A stretch of DNA of 63,681 bases, filler included, from Cercozoa sp. M6MM (GCA_040357565.1; 7 parts of 7 records of this genome joined end to end with filler, not necessarily neighbours in it), one strand, 5' to 3'; positions 1-15,490 are shown, counted from the first letter of the whole stretch. Program-made: numbers and translations. Notes: generated from the sequence alone by a model not told the origin.

Positions 1-3000
1 GGGGGGGGGGTAAAGAGGGCTAAAGGAAGGTAGGTGAAGGAAAGGTATACCAACAGCAGCCGACCGTCGGGCGAGAATTCGAGTCCGGTGACTTTGCGAC
101 CGTCCTTGAACCGTCCATGTCGATTCCGACAGTCGATCTGCGTGACATACTTCATTCCATGTGTCTCGTAGATCATCACCTTGCCGGCAAACAGACCAAC
201 GGCCACCACTCTGGGGGGGGGGTAAGGGAGAGGGTAAACTTGAAGGTGGAGGGGGGGTAGTACCGCCCATTGGGTGAGAAGGCAGCCGACGTGACCAGTG
301 CATCCGGCGACTGCCGACTGCCGAGTTGTAGCCAGTCCACCACGCGGTGTTCCAAAATGTTCCACAGACGCAGCTTCTTGTCGAAACTGCCGCTCAGGAA
401 CAACGTGTCGTCCACCGGGTGGAATGCCACTCTGATAGGGGGGGGTAAAGGGGGGTAAAGGGGGGGGGGCAAGGGAGAGGAGGGAGAAAGCTACGTGGTG
501 ACAAAGTCCGTGTGCTGGAAGAGACACAAACAGCGCTCACGTCGCACGTGCCACAGCATGACACACTGGTCCATACTGCCCGACAAAAGAAAGTTCGCGC
601 GCGACCACGCCAGGTCCGTCACGTCGCTCGTGTGCCTAGAGGAAAGGGAGTAAAGGGACTAAGGAGGAAAGGGAGTAAAGGGACTAAGGAGGAAAGGGAG
701 TAAAGGGGCCAAGGAAGAAAGAATTAAGGGAGCGAAACAGGTGGGTAAAACAGAGAAATAAAGAAAGGTTAAAAGGAGACTAAAGGGGAGGGGTTACCCA
801 CTGAACTCGCGCACCGGTCTCAGAGAGATGGCGTTGCGTCCCTTCGACACCTCAGTTTCGCCTTGTTCGCTGCCGTCCTCCAGAATCGCCCACACTCGCA
901 CCACCGAGTCTTGGCCGCCTGGGAGGTAAGAGGAGGGGGTAAAGGGATGGGATGAGGGGGTAAAGGGATGGGATGAGGGGGTAAAGGGATAGTATGAGGG
1001 GGTAGGAGGTAAAACCAGTCGCGAGGTATCGTCCGTCCGGCGAGAAGGCCATGGTCCAAATCGGACCCGAGTGCGCCTGCAGCTGCTGAATCAGTCGCAA
1101 GTCGGTCAGTTCGTACGACTGTCGTTTGTGCTGCTTGGTACGCACCATGCTGCTCAGTTTCTGCTCAAACAACAGAGTTGAAAAGCTTTGGGGTGAAAAG
1201 CTGTGGAAAAGGTTTGCTTGTGAAAAGCTTCCTGAAAGCGAAACTCACATCAACACCGGCCAGAGTGGTTTTTTTCTCCTTCTTTCGCGTGAAGAAGCCA
1301 AAGCGTTTCTTTTTCTTCTCGACCGAGGACGAAACGCTTTGTCGCTCCTGAAGCAAAGCAAAGCAACTCAAAGCAACTCGACTCAAAGCAACTCGACTAA
1401 AAAAAAGACTCGTACCGGTGCAGGCAGATTATCAAAGGCCGAAACGCTGAGTCGATCGGCCGAAAGCGAGGGCTGTGCTGTCAAAGTCGGCGCCGGTGCC
1501 GAAGCGCTCTCTTTCGTCTGCAGTTCCGTGTCGTGACTCGTGCGCGGCAGTGTCGGACTCTGCTCGCTCTCGTCTGCCAATACACACAGTCTTATTAACT
1601 GCAATTTAACTGCACTAACTCAAGCACCCTTACAACAAAACCCAAAGCACGCCAAAGCACCCTTAAGCACTCAAAGCACACCCCAAAAAGCACCCGAAAA
1701 CTACCAGGTCGATCGACATGCCACACGGCGCGTTCCGGGCGCGCCGACGACATCTCCGTGAAAGCGGACGACGCGATCGATGAGAAGGACGACGTGCGCG
1801 ATCGAGCGTGTCGTTTGTGCGGCAGCAGCGACGTTGTTGTCGAGTTCAGCGAGTTGGCATGTCGCGACGACGCCACCGCGTGCACCACTATGCCACCTTC
1901 GAGTTGCACCTCGCGCTGCTCCTCCAGCGCCAACTCCGGCGCCTCGCGCAGCTCCTCGAACTCGCCATCTGAACTCACAACGCTCTCCTCAGTTTCGCAA
2001 AAACACACACACCACATGCAAGAAACGCCATCTCACAGTACGTTGTGGGCAAAAATTTCACCCAACTCCAACTACAGTACCCGAGCTGTCGGTATCAGAC
2101 ATCACTTGCAGAATGCCACGCGGTTTAGTGGCCCAATCTTCTCTTGCGCCACGGTAAATCACAGCGACGTTTTTTTATTGTTTGGTGGGGGAACAAACGG
2201 CTGCTGCCTGAACTGGCGGCTGGGTATAAACCATAAAGCGTTGGTCACCCTGCTGCAGCCCACCTCACTGTGCATCAATGGCGCAATTCAGGAGGGACTT
2301 CAGGTGAGTACTTGTGTAGTCATTACAGTCATTGTCATTGTCAAGTTCACAGCAACTGTGACACATTTTTGAAGTGAGTGTATCCGCTATTGGTCCTCGA
2401 GTCAGTCTAGTGCTCAGCCCAGCCCAACACGCGTGCTGTCCTTGTCACTCCAGGCGTTCTAAGCAAACAAGTGCCCATGCGTGTGATAGATAATATTAAT
2501 TTTGTTTTTTGCTTACGCTGTGACCGCAGAAGCGAAGAATCTGCTCGCGTGAGTTGGCGAGACGCGGCGAGTTCTGTAAAAGCACACTGTCAGAAGGAAA
2601 CAAAAACGGAGTAAACCGTGTAATGTTGTGTCACCGCGAGACCGCAACTTCGCAGCAGGGCGCAGGTGTACTCGATAGAGGAGTGACACTGTAGTACACT
2701 TGTGGAGGCACAACTTAGCTGCTGCACGAGACCTGCCTGCCTGCCAACAAGTGGCACTACGTCGTTGCTATTGACGACGGCTGCCGTGAGTCGTTTCAAG
2801 GCTCGCAGCAGGTCGGCCGATGTGCCACGCTCGACTTCCGGGTGCGTCGGACTGTCGCCGTTCCACGAGCTGATTTGGTTTGCCAGTGCTGCAGTTACAG
2901 TTTAGGACGCTCAAATGCAAACTGTAAATTGAGCAAATACTGGGAAGTCGACTGCGCGCGTACTTGGGCAGCGAAAGCGCCAAACCTGGCCCTGCGAACC

Positions 3001-3027
3001 CTATCGCTGGGGTTCCTGCGACGACAC
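1..3027 (-). CDS. WDR44: WD40-repeat protein, WDR44-like; multi-exon and partial (runs off the window start; 5' extent uncertain)
   Basis: Spliced exons give LIQQLQAHSGPIWTMAFSPDGRYLAT..GGQDSVVRVW and VAFHPVDDTLFLSGSFDKKLRLWNILEHRVVDW..VTSAAFSPNGRY, matching the WDR44 repeat pattern. The N-terminal region is long and Ser-rich. GT-AG introns. Confidence 0.7.
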
Positions 3028-3066
3028 CTGCACTTGCATACAGTAGAAGGGATAGCACTTGCATAC

Positions 3067-3138
3067 AAATATATAAATATATAAAGATACAAATATATAA
3101 ATATATAAATATATAAATATATAAATATATAAATATAT
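3067..3138. repeat. (AAATAT)n microsatellite at the contig end
   Basis: Tandem AAATAT units directly before the N spacer. Confidence 0.9.
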
Positions 3139-3238
3139 NNNNNNNNNNNNNNNNNNNNNNNNNNNNNNNNNNNNNNNNNNNNTTAATTAATTAANNNNNN
3201 NNNNNNNNNNNNNNNNNNNNNNNNNNNNNNNNNNNNNN
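3139..3238. other. Artificial 100-nt contig spacer (N-TTAATTAATTAA-N). Identical spacers at 5580-5679, 20436-20535, 38151-38250, 55142-55241 and 62547-62646
   Basis: The same 12-mer, which has stops in all six frames, sits inside N runs six times. Flanking genes are cut off at most spacers. Confidence 0.97.
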
Positions 3239-3980
3239 TGTCTGCTCGGTGAGTATAGTTCTGTTTCGCGAGTTTCGGCAATTTCGTGTTCCAGCTGGCG
3301 CACGCGTCGTCGCAACTCGCGGTTTTGCGCGTGTGCCTGCTGGAGATTCGACCGCAACTCGTCGAACAAAACTGCTGCGTCGCTTTCAAGTTTTTTTTGC
3401 GTTAGTTCGGCAGCCTGAGTCACTTGGTTTCGAGCTTCACGTAAGTCGTGCATCTGGGCCTCGTACGTCTGCCGCTGCGTCTGCATCAAGCGCGCCTGCT
3501 CGTGGTATTTTCTGTCCAAAGTCGCGAACTGACGGATCAGGTTGTTCACTTTCTCTGCAAAACACGAAAGTCAACGTTGTCTTATATGAAAGCAAACTGG
3601 CCGCATTGAACACACCTTTCTCATTTGGCGCTAGATCTCGCAAGCGGGCAGTTCCGGTTGCAACGCTTGCACTCGGTGAACTGCCTTGCATGTCGCTGAA
3701 ACTTGCATCGAATGACATGTCTGTCCCTGTAGTGTCTAGCAGCATTTCTTTTGCCTAAATCCGTACTTAATCACCCAACAAAGACGGTCAACAAGTCTGT
3801 CTACTAATTCACTCTCAGATTCTGGTATTTTTCGTCCCACGAATACAGTGATTTTATGTACCCGGAGTGCTTGGACATTTCACAAAGCGTACGCTTTGGG
3901 AGCAGCTCAGTGCGTACGCGCACAACGTGCTGTACGCCGTATCATGCAGCTTTTTTGGTGCCGTCGCAGCCTAACAACTC
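3239..3980 (-). CDS. Coiled-coil hypothetical protein; multi-exon, 3' truncated by the gap, start uncertain
   Basis: Heptad-rich exon NNLIRQFATLDRKYHEQARLMQ...RELRRRVRQLEHEIAETRE, with further upstream exons bounded by GT-AG. Confidence 0.5.
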
Positions 3981-4278
3981 TAGCCTTGCTGTTTGCAGTC
4001 AGCAGTCACGGCAGGTCGTGTCATTTCGGTCGATCAAGACATCAGCTCTGTTGCTTCGGAGTCACAACAAAAAATCTGACAGCATCAACCACGGCAAGCG
4101 AAGTTACAGGTTGCAGCTAACAGAGCACTCTATCTTCTGTGCAGACATTGTAGTGCAAAAGATTTTTTGGACGCGAACGCCAACCGAAGAAGGTTCACAC
4201 AGTTATTTTGGTTTAAAATTTAGCCGACACGACGCTGGAGCTTCCGACTGTTTTTCTCTGTTAAGTGCTAATAGCGAG

Positions 4279-5448
4279 ATGACCGCTCGGGTTAGTGAAC
4301 TCATCGACGTCGAACTTGGGCCCAAGCGTCGGTCAAGCCAGCTATCTGGTCGCACGTAACTTCACTTCAGGGTTTGCGAGCTCAGATTTTTTTACCATCT
4401 GATACTTCAGGGAATCGAAAGCCGCTACAGCTAGAGTTCAAGGATGTCACTTTCTACGCAAAAGACATGAGCGGTCAAAATGACGAAAAGGGGCGCGTTC
4501 CCATGGTATAAGTTAGAGTACAGTACACAAACATCAAAATGCCCAGATACGTAGGAAACACACATCTGAGATAGAATGTAACTTATGTGTGAACACCGTA
4601 GCCCCAGATTTTGCACGGAATTTCGGGCGTCTTTCAACCAGGCAAACTCACAGCAATCATGGGCAGCTCGTGCGTTCTTTTCAGATTATAGTCAGTTGTG
4701 TTGACTCATTGTTACCGATAGAATTCGAGCAAACTTTACAGGTGGAAGAGCGTGTGTACTGCACTCATCGATGATCTTCGTTTAGACAAGTGTGCTGACA
4801 CAATGGTAAATTATCTGAATAGACTAGGTCACGATATCCTTTCGTTGTAGGTTGGTACCGCAGCCAAACGCGGCCTTTCGGGCGGTGAGATGAAGCGCGC
4901 CTCCATCGGCGTGGAGCTCGTGTCGAATCCATCTTTACTGTATCGAGAGTTAATAAAACAGTTGATGGCACCGGGTTTCTAAATTTATCGATTGTTTTGT
5001 TTCAGGTTCGTTGACGAGCCAACCTCTGGTCTGGACAGTTTCACAGCGGTTTCTGTTGTCGAACTGCTGCGCGATTTAGCGCGCGATGGGCGCACAGTGT
5101 AAAATTGTTAAAAAAAAGATAATATCGATGATGCACTGTTTAGGTGTTTAATTTGTTGTTTGCGCTGGCAGAATCAGTACAATTCATCAGCCAAGTTCTG
5201 AGATTTTCGCCATGTTCGACGCTTTGATGCTGCTCGTTGACGGCGAGATCATCTACTACAGTATTGTAAATTACCTCACGAAACTTCAGCAAGTTTGTTT
5301 GTTTTTTAACTGCATGTACTAGGAACGGCCATGGGCGTTGCCGATTACTTCGCGTCGATTGGCTACATGTGCCCGCCGAACTATAACATCGCTGACTTTT
5401 ACATCCAGATCATGCAGGGACGTGGCGAAGATCGTCAGACTCTGAAGG
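4279..5448 (+). pseudogene. ABCG-family transporter N-terminal NBD, apparently internally deleted and frameshifted; truncated by the gap
   Basis: Exons read [95 protein letters not shown] and YFASIGYMCPPNYNIADF. The Walker A GKT and the Q-loop segment are absent. Confidence 0.65.
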
Positions 5449-5489
5449 GTGCATCCATTATATAACTCTATAGATGCCGACTCGCTGAT

Positions 5490-5509
5490 CACACACACAC
5501 ACACGCACA

Positions 5510-5577
<68 letters not shown>

Positions 5578-5679
5578 TANNNNNNNNNNNNNNNNNNNNN
5601 NNNNNNNNNNNNNNNNNNNNNNNTTAATTAATTAANNNNNNNNNNNNNNNNNNNNNNNNNNNNNNNNNNNNNNNNNNNN

Positions 5680-5762
<83 letters not shown>
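5490..5762. repeat. (CA)n microsatellites on both sides of the spacer. Others at 38595-38698, 48408-48482, 54953-55019 and 63084-63278
   Basis: Directly visible. They are mostly intronic and often lie at contig breaks. Confidence 0.95.
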
Positions 5763-5779
5763 CATTACCCCCCGGGCAG

Positions 5780-6161
5780 GAAGCGACACGAGCTGATGCG
5801 CAAGCTGGCACGCGACGACGAGCAGCAGCACCTGCAGCAGAACGCCGTGTGCGTGCGTCTGTCCAACGTGTTCGACCCGCGGCAGGAACTCGCGCAGCAC
5901 GGGTCCAACTGGGCTGCCGACATTCAGCACGAGTTCATCGCCGAGTGCCGGCAGTTCGGACCGCTGCTGCACGTGCACGTTGACTCGGTCGACTCCTCTG
6001 GCACGGTGCACGTGCGCTTCGCCACCTCGGACGCTGCTCGCGCCTGCTACGACCGACTGCACGGACGCTACTTTGACAAGCGGCAGCTTCAGGGCCAGCT
6101 CGTCTCGGTGCAGGAGTACGAGCGTCGCTTCCCCGACAGCGGCCGCGGTGCTCCTCTCTAA
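5780..6161 (+). CDS. RBM39: Last exon of an RBM39/CAPER-like splicing factor (C-terminal UHM/RRM3)
   Basis: CVRLSNVFDP...WAADIQHEFIAECRQFGPLLHVHVD...GTVHVRF...LHGRYFDKRQL is the UHM pattern of RBM39. AG acceptor at 5778-5779; TAA stop. Confidence 0.75.
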
Positions 6162-6252
6162 TGACTACAGTACGCCTTCCGATTCGATTGGACTCTGCTT
6201 ACCGTTGTGGACCGCCCACCTACTATCCCGTGACCCCCTACTGTCTAGTATG

Positions 6253-8446
6253 CTAACTTGTCTCGGAGGCAGAGACCACGCCAGCCTCAGTCTCGTCAGG
6301 GTCGTCGCTCCACAACTTGAGTGCTCTCTCGGTGAGAGCCCACGTAGCCTGAACAGAGAGAGAATGCAAGCGGGAGGAGGGGGGGCTTAAGACACAGATA
6401 AGAAGACCAGGCGCGTACCATGACGTTGTTGCGACCGGCGACGCCGCCGATGACGGCCATGCCGTCGATGGCGCGCTCGTGCGCCTTGACGACGGCGACG
6501 GTGCGCCAGGCGTCCTTGCCGGGTGCCATGGCATACACCACACCTGGGAAGGGGGCACGGGTTTGAGAGGGCCAAAGGAAGGGGGTAAAGCATTCAAGCA
6601 TGTGAGGGGTACCGTCCTCAGTGGCGAGGTAGACGAGCTGTGCCCTTCGAGACAGGGCGGCACTAACGATGGCGCCCTTGGCATGTCCACTGGTGGAGAA
6701 GCGGTGCAGCACCTTGCCGTCCGAGACATCGATAATGCCGGCACTGGTGGAAGCCGTCGTCACCAACACGCACAGGTGCGATTGACGTTTCTCCAAAGGA
6801 AGCAAGGTGGCACCCGATGGCACCCAGTCAATTCCTAGGCAGATGCTTATTATTGTGGTCGATCTTTAAGAGTGATACCAGTGATAGCGATGTTGTTGCG
6901 CTGCTCGGACGGTTGGAATCGCATGCGGCGCAGTGGAACACCGTCGGCGTCGAAGACAGCGATGCAGCCGTCGTTGCCGCCGCTGACGAGGAAGCGCTGG
7001 CACGGCGAGAAGGCCACGCAGCGCACGCCGCTGTCGTCGCCGCCGACACCGCTGCTGCCACTGCGCAGCATCGAGGCCGCCTGTGCCGACGATGCCGCGC
7101 CACTGTGCAGCACGCGTTTCACCAGACGGCCGCTACGCAGAGCGATCAAGCCCAGCACACCTGCACGTGTCAATGGTATCAACACATATAAATATATATT
7201 AATATATACATATATATATTATATGTATAGAGTACCAACACAAGTGCCGTCAGTGTCGGCATCACTGGCGCCGCCCACCAGCAGTCGCTCAGCACGCGTG
7301 TCGAACGCGAGCGACGTCAGCGTACCGCGCGATTGCAGCACGCCTGCGCAGTCGATCTTGCGGATGCAGCGGCCATCCGACATGCGCCACACTGCCAGGG
7401 GAGAGGTACAGGAAAAATTAAAGTAAGGGAGGAGTCGGGGGTAAGAAGAGAAAGGTACCCCGCACGATGGAACTGGCGTCGCAGGAGGCGAGCAGTTTGC
7501 CGTCCTTGGTGACCGCGAGTGCCGTGACATTGGAGCCACGGTGACTCAGCAGCAGGTGCTCCACCACGGTACCAGTGGCAACGTCCCACAGTTCGACGAT
7601 GTCGTCGATGGCACACGCCAGCAGCAGCTCCGTCGTCACCTGGCTTTCGTCGCTCTGCGAGATTAAGAGGCAAAGAGGTAAGGGGAAGGGTAAAGGGACA
7701 AGGGCAAAGGGGAAAGGGTAAAGGAGTAAGAGTAAAGGGTAACTGGGTAAGAGGGTAACTGGGTAAGAGGGTAGGTGCATAGTACCTTGATGGAGACACG
7801 CGGCACAAAGAGCGCCGTTGCCAGGTGACCTTTTTTTGGCAAGCGACGCGCACGCATCACGCGCGACGGCAGCTCGTCCGGCAAGGCCGCCGAATTGACT
7901 CCGCTGTCCTGCAGCAAGTCGTACCTACTGCTGACCTGTACACACACATACATATATATATATATATCGATATATGTAGAAAAAGGTACAGGCAGCTGGC
8001 CCGTCGCTTGCTTCCACAGCAGGGATTCTACAAATAGGAGGGGGTAAAGGGAGATAAAGGAAGGTAAAGAAACAGAAGGGCAGCACTACCGCCAAGCAGA
8101 GTAGTCAGCCGGTGCGGCGTTACAAACGACACGTTCTTGAGGACTTGCTCGCGCACCAGTTTTCTCTACTTTTTGTTTGAGGTAGAGAGGAGGGGCAAAG
8201 AAAGAGTAAAAGACGGTATAAGATAACACGGTAGAAATCAAAGGTAGCTTACCATGGAGACAAGTTCCTCCGGAGTCGGATTGGCCTTCTGGTCACCGGC
8301 GACGATGCGATGAACGCGCACCTGCAAGGTGCGGAACTTGCCCGGCTGTGCCTGACGAAACTGTTGCAGCGTCGCGTGTTCGCTGAGCAGTTGAAGTGCA
8401 ACTTGTGAGTCGCCTTGCACTGCCACATCCTTCGCACACTCATATA

Positions 8447-8486
<40 letters not shown>

Positions 8487-8875
8487 TTTATATATATAAT
8501 ATACACTCTACCAGTACGATGAGTTCAAGCATTGCGGCAGCAATATCCAACGGCAGACTAACTGACGCGAGAGTCGACAACACCGCTACGACAGGGAAAT
8601 AAACGAACGCAACAAACAGCGACGCTTGGTACCAGGCCACTCGCCCGCCGAGATCATGCTGCCAAGTTGCGAACGACTCACGGCCGACACTGCATTCAGA
8701 CGCACTCGATTGCCAGTCTCCTTGCGTAAAGCCGCCTGCGCATTCTCTCAATGTCCCTCTACCGACAACAAAAGCGAACTGAATGAAAGCTCACCTGCGT
8801 AGCGACCAAGCCCTGCTCCGCCAGGAATTGGTCAATGAGTTGCAGCACATCGCGCGGGTCCACCTTTAAGTCCAT
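6253..8875 (-). CDS. SMU1: SMU1-like spliceosomal LisH/CTLH + WD40 protein (divergent); multi-exon
   Basis: N-terminus reads MDLKVDPRDVLQLIDQFLAEQGL..AALRKETG..LNAV..SAGEW..LASVSLP..MLELIVLE. C-terminus reads SAALSRRAQLVYLATEDG, KAHERAIDGMA and ALKLW. Both are colinear with SMU1. Confidence 0.75.
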
Positions 8876-9094
8876 GGCAAATCGAAACACCACACGTTCG
8901 AGAGGCCTAGAATCTACGCAGACCGAGCTTGTTCCAGCTGTGGAAATTGAGCCCATACGAGATCGCGGGAGCCCATATATGGCAAGAGCCCGAAACAGGG
9001 GCTTTTTGCTCTCTTTACGCGCGCTTTGGGCTGTATGTTGGCCCCTGCGGCCAGAAAACGTCTCTTCACACGATCTCGCACGTTTTCTTTCGTT

Positions 9095-11430
9095 ATGAGT
9101 CAAGATAACGCTGAGAAAACGCAGCGTGAAGGAACAACGTCTCCGCGCGGAAGACGTCGCGACTTGATTCGTGACTGGTGGCAGCAACGTGTAGTTGAAG
9201 TGCGGGAGTTTTTTGTGACTGAGGAAAGGTACCTTACTACGCTTCCGTGACTCCATTCTTGTGAGATTTCATTTGGCGCAGGAGGAGCAGTGAAAGCGCG
9301 AGCGCAACTTTGGTCGTTGAACCAACTGCCAGTCAAGCCGAACAGAGGCAAGACAATGGCTTTACAGGGTTTTGGGAGCGTTTCCGAAGTGGCTTCGATT
9401 CCGCTGGTACTGGGCCAAGTGTGAATCCTGTGTGGTTTAGTCCGATGTGTGGCAGGCCGCGCAATGAGTCTCGTACAGCGACTGAAGAATGATATTGCAA
9501 AGGAGATGGTCGAAAAAGGAGACTACGCTGATGCAGCACGCGTCTACAGTGCACTGCAACAAGCAGCGCACTGGCCGTGTCCGCCGAGGCTCGCAGTGGC
9601 TCTGCACAGCGACGTCGATCTCGAGCACAATGAGTCCGCAGACATGACGCATTCCGACGTTGAGCGTCCGTACTTTGATGTACCAAGCGACATCGAACAA
9701 CGCTCGATTTCGTTCGAGAAAGCATCGGAGTTGAGTCGTCTCTCAAAGTTTGCAGCTTTTGCGGTATTATAGCTTTTATTTTGTGTCCGGAAACGAGAGT
9801 TGTGAGTTGTTTTGTGCTTAGTACGGAGCGCAGTTTCTGTCGGTTCTGGGACTCAAAGGTGCTGCGTTCTTTGGCGAAGAATGGACGTGCTTCACTGACC
9901 CGAACCTTTTGTCGGTATATTTTGTTCTTTTAGCTTCACTTGTTCTCTTTTGAATCCGTTGTGTTTCTTCAGCCTCCTCTTGAAGCGAAGGATTTGCTGT
10001 TGTCGCAACCTTTCAGTACGATTGAAAGACCAGGGTACGGCATTGCGCTTCTTTTGCGTCTCTGTGATATCTCGCTGCCTATAGACACTATTTGTTGCGT
10101 GACGAGACATTGCGTGCTGTGGTGCTCGTTATTCGAGGCAGTATGTTCTGTGCAAGTCCCTTGCGCTGTCGTTTTCTTCTACTCTACTGAAATATAGCGT
10201 CGCAATTCGAAGACGTTGTCACTGATGTGACGTGCGAAGACATTCCGTTCGAGGGATTCGGTTTGCAAGGCGACACTCATTTGGTCCACGCAGGCATGGC
10301 TGCCTGTGCTGAGTGGTTTGATAGGTGCCGTTCTTTTTTATTGTGTACTGCAGAATTGTTGTTCTGATGTTTGACTATTCAGAAATGTAAAACAAGATGT
10401 GTTGGGTGCACTGAATCAAGAGAAACGCCGTTCAGGAGAGAATTGGCGTGTGATTCTCACGGGTCACTCTCTTGGGGCTGGAGCAGCCGCTCTAACTGCA
10501 GCAAAGTATTGTTTTCCATTTTATCTGACAACTTTGCAGTTATACTGGTGTTTTCTTCTAGGTGGTACGAGAGTGAAGACTTTGCCGATCACGTGGTGTC
10601 GTGTGCTGCCTTTGGCACGCCAGCGCTGGCAACGAAAGACGTAGCTGTAGCGATGGAACCGTTCGTGACGACAGTGGTCGCTCGAAATGACGTTGTTCCG
10701 TATCAATTTTTTCGTGTCTGCTTGTGAAATTTATCGAATTGAAAGTTGATGGTTTGCAGGAGATTGAGTCGAGGTTCATTGCATCGAGCGGCGCACACGT
10801 TGTCGCTGTTGGCTCCGACGGCTCCGCGCGAGCGAGCACGCCACGTATGCAAGCGTCTGCGCGAGAATCTCGATAAGCCGCCATCTCGCGATGCTTTAGT
10901 GAGCTTTGTTCGAGTTCTCGTCACAATTAACGAATGATAGTTTGTACAGACAGGAGTACGTTTTTGGCGCACGCAGTGTGCCGAGATAATGACGGACGTC
11001 CGACAGAGGGCGCGCAATGCAGCGTTCACGCCGAACGTTCCTCCAGGTCGATTGGTCCACGTGGGACCGCACCCACTCGCACAACATCGTACCTGCGCTA
11101 TCGATGTCACTGGTACTTCGAGTGCAAAAAATAAATACATGCTCGATAAAATACGTTTGCATTTTATTGCAGATGCCAGATATACGATGAAGGACTTGCT
11201 TGTGGAGAGTCCAAATCTTATGGTGCTTCCGCTCCCATTACACCTCGTCACACCCAAGTAAGTTCATTGTTGCAACCTCCCTTTTTGCTTCGAGTGCGTT
11301 TACTTGCAGAGAGGGCTGGCGTGACCACTTGCCGTACCCGTCATACTTCCACCTGTTCGATGACACTCTTGAAGCATTCGGCAGTGACTCGAACCTGGAC
11401 AACTCACGGAAGATCTTGGTGTTAGATTGA
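9095..11430 (+). CDS. Class 3 lipase (DAG-lipase-like); multi-exon
   Basis: Motifs DVVTDV, VHAGM, VILTGHSLGAGAAAL (nucleophile elbow), AFGTPA, VVARNDVVP (catalytic Asp) and WRDHLP (catalytic His). Confidence 0.85.
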
Positions 11431-12202
11431 TCAACCGTCGCAATACCTTACCGGGGCACGTGCGAGAATATTTCAGTCCGCTTCACGGCATGCTTGTTCT
11501 TGCGAGTAAGGTTTATTTTTCGAACTAGTCGAGTCGACGTTAAGTATTTCGGGCAGTTTCCTCGAGCTACAGGATGGATAGGCTTGCTTGCGATGAGTCC
11601 AATCGATCCTCGCCTTGAGCGCGTCGCTCTGCGCTGCGAGACATAATACGTCAGTGGGCCCGAGGTGGAAGCGTTGGTGCTTTGTGTTCTACATCGCCTG
11701 TGCAGGTTTTGGGTAGTGCAGGATGCTGGTAGTGCAGGATTCGGATAGTGCAGGGCTGAAGTCACGGACAACTTGACTTGCGCGTTTCTGTCTTCCGCAG
11801 CACGTCGAAAAAGCAACAAAACAAAACAACAACAACTACAACAAAAGAACAAGAACGGTGCTCACGCTGGCCCAGAGACAGCAGATTGTATTTCTGCAGG
11901 TAAAAGCTCTAATATGCACTGGCAGGAGCCACTGAATGAAGTGACTCAGCATCCCATGCTCTGTAGAGCATTATTAGCGAGTGCACTACATGTGCAATAG
12001 GTATTCAAGTCACTTCTAGTAGTCTAAATTAGCACAAAGGCCGTGTGATTGGAGAAAAGGCCAGCCAAGCACAAAGGAGAAACGCCTCCGATCAGAAAGG
12101 AGGCGGCGTGTGCTCGTCGCGTGCAAAGTAAAAACCGCAAAGCACACGCACATCTATTTTGTTGTTTGTTTCGAACACTACACTACACCACCGCACACTA
12201 CA

Positions 12203-13727
<1,525 letters not shown>

Positions 13728-14339
13728 CTCGCGACTCACGGGCGACTCAACGCACCATTCGATTGTGGCCCCGGACAACGCCAGCGAGTCTCTTGCAGCC
13801 CAGTCGGTCGGGTCGGGTCCGCGCCGTCACTGCCCACCGACTCAGGCGCTCATTGACTCCCGTCTGCCTCACTAAGTTTTTGGATTGATTTGTACAGTGC
13901 GCATGCTCACACTCAACGTTGCATGTGCAGTTTAATTAAATTTAGATTTTCTTTTTTGTAATCCCATGCAAATCAATGCGCAAGCAAAACTCGGCGCAGC
14001 CTTCAAATTTGAGAGTCAGACTTTTCAGTAAGGTTGAATGTCACTGATGATTTGGGGTGTCACTTGGAGTTTCCCAAGGAAAGCAAATCCCACAATGGCA
14101 TTCTGGTACACCTCCGTTCGTTAAAACTGCACAGTATTGAGATACTTTAAAAACCTTTTGGTTCCAGGCTGCCGCGGCGTTTCGGACTATTCAATTCTGT
14201 CGCCGGGGTTTCGTACAGTGCTCAAAACGTGCTCAAACCGCGAGCGTCGGCTGCTCGTGGCACGTGCAAGTACTGTAGCCCTGAACAACGTGTCGCGGAA
14301 CTGTGCGAAGGCAAAAAAGTCGCAAAACTGAGTGAGCAA

Positions 14340-15490
14340 ATGTCTCACAAAAAGCCAGAAGCGGATCTTGGTAATCAGTTTTTTCTTCCGGCCAGCTTTT
14401 GTTTAGTTGAAAGTTGCAACGCGATGTATTTGAAACCAGACGCGCTGTTTGACGCGCAAGTGAAAGTTGCGACGGTATCGAAGGCGATAGCTAGTGCAAC
14501 GGCCCGGACGTCTGCTCCGAATGTGGCACTATCGTCCGCACCAGCAACCGTCTCAATGCTCAGCACGAAGCGCGGTGCGAATCTAATCTCACGAAGTGAG
14601 GGTGTGCCGGACGAGCTGGAACAGCAGTTCGATGAAAGTGAAGAGCAGCTCGAGGATACAAAGTCGTCTCACTTGGCTCGCAAGCGTGTCCGCGAACGGA
14701 AGCGCAGAAAAGTCATGTCCGAGACGATCGAAGGCATCGCCGATTGGCTGCAGCTACCGCGATCTGCGCGAGCCCGAGGCCATGCAGAAGTCGTCACTCT
14801 CGCACTTCGCGAACTTCGTCGTTTACGCGAGTACTCACTCCACTGTGCCTGCCTGATAATATTCCGCACTCACTCCTGTAAATTTTAGGGAGAACCTCCA
14901 ACTCAAGCAGCGACTACACGGTCACTTTGCTGGACAAACTGGACCTCGACCAAGTGAAAACCTACGTGTTGCGATTCCAAAAACTGCGACTGCGGCTCCG
15001 ACAGGAGTCGACGATTGCGAAAGCGAGACCATGACGAATGCACCCGATGAAAACTCGAGCTCTCACACACTTCGTTTGCGTCGAATCGAAGAAAGCGTCG
15101 GCTCGCTCAAACATGTATCCATTGACTCGGATAAACTAGTTGCTGTCCTGAATTATGTTGAATCAACCGAATTGTCCAATACTATAGGTCGTCGAAACTA
15201 TGTTCGCGCACTTCCTCCTAGCGCAAAGGCGTCAGCAACTCGCTCAAGCACATGCTGCATGCGCAGCAACACTTAACGTTGCGCAGACCAGAAGTGACGC
15301 AGATCCCGACAATACAACACACACTGAAGTGTCTTCGAGTCCAGTTGCCTGTGACGAAAACACAACGCCACAAGTTGTAAACCATGATCGTCCGGTAGCT
15401 GTTTGTGGCAATGGCCATTCAAACACTACCAGTCAGACTAACGCGGCAGTCAACAAAGATCGCGACGACGACACTCGTACTGCTCGTTGA
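14340..15490 (+). CDS. bHLH(-ZIP)-like transcription factor; multi-exon
   Basis: Basic region HLARKRVRERKRRKVMSETIEGIADWL and helix 2 GHAEVVTLALRELRRLRE, continued after an intron as ENLQLKQRL. Confidence 0.65.

Noticed and set aside
3139-3238. Recurrent TTAATTAATTAA motif as a biological element
   Set aside because: Always centred in a 100-nt N run; it is an artificial six-frame-stop linker.
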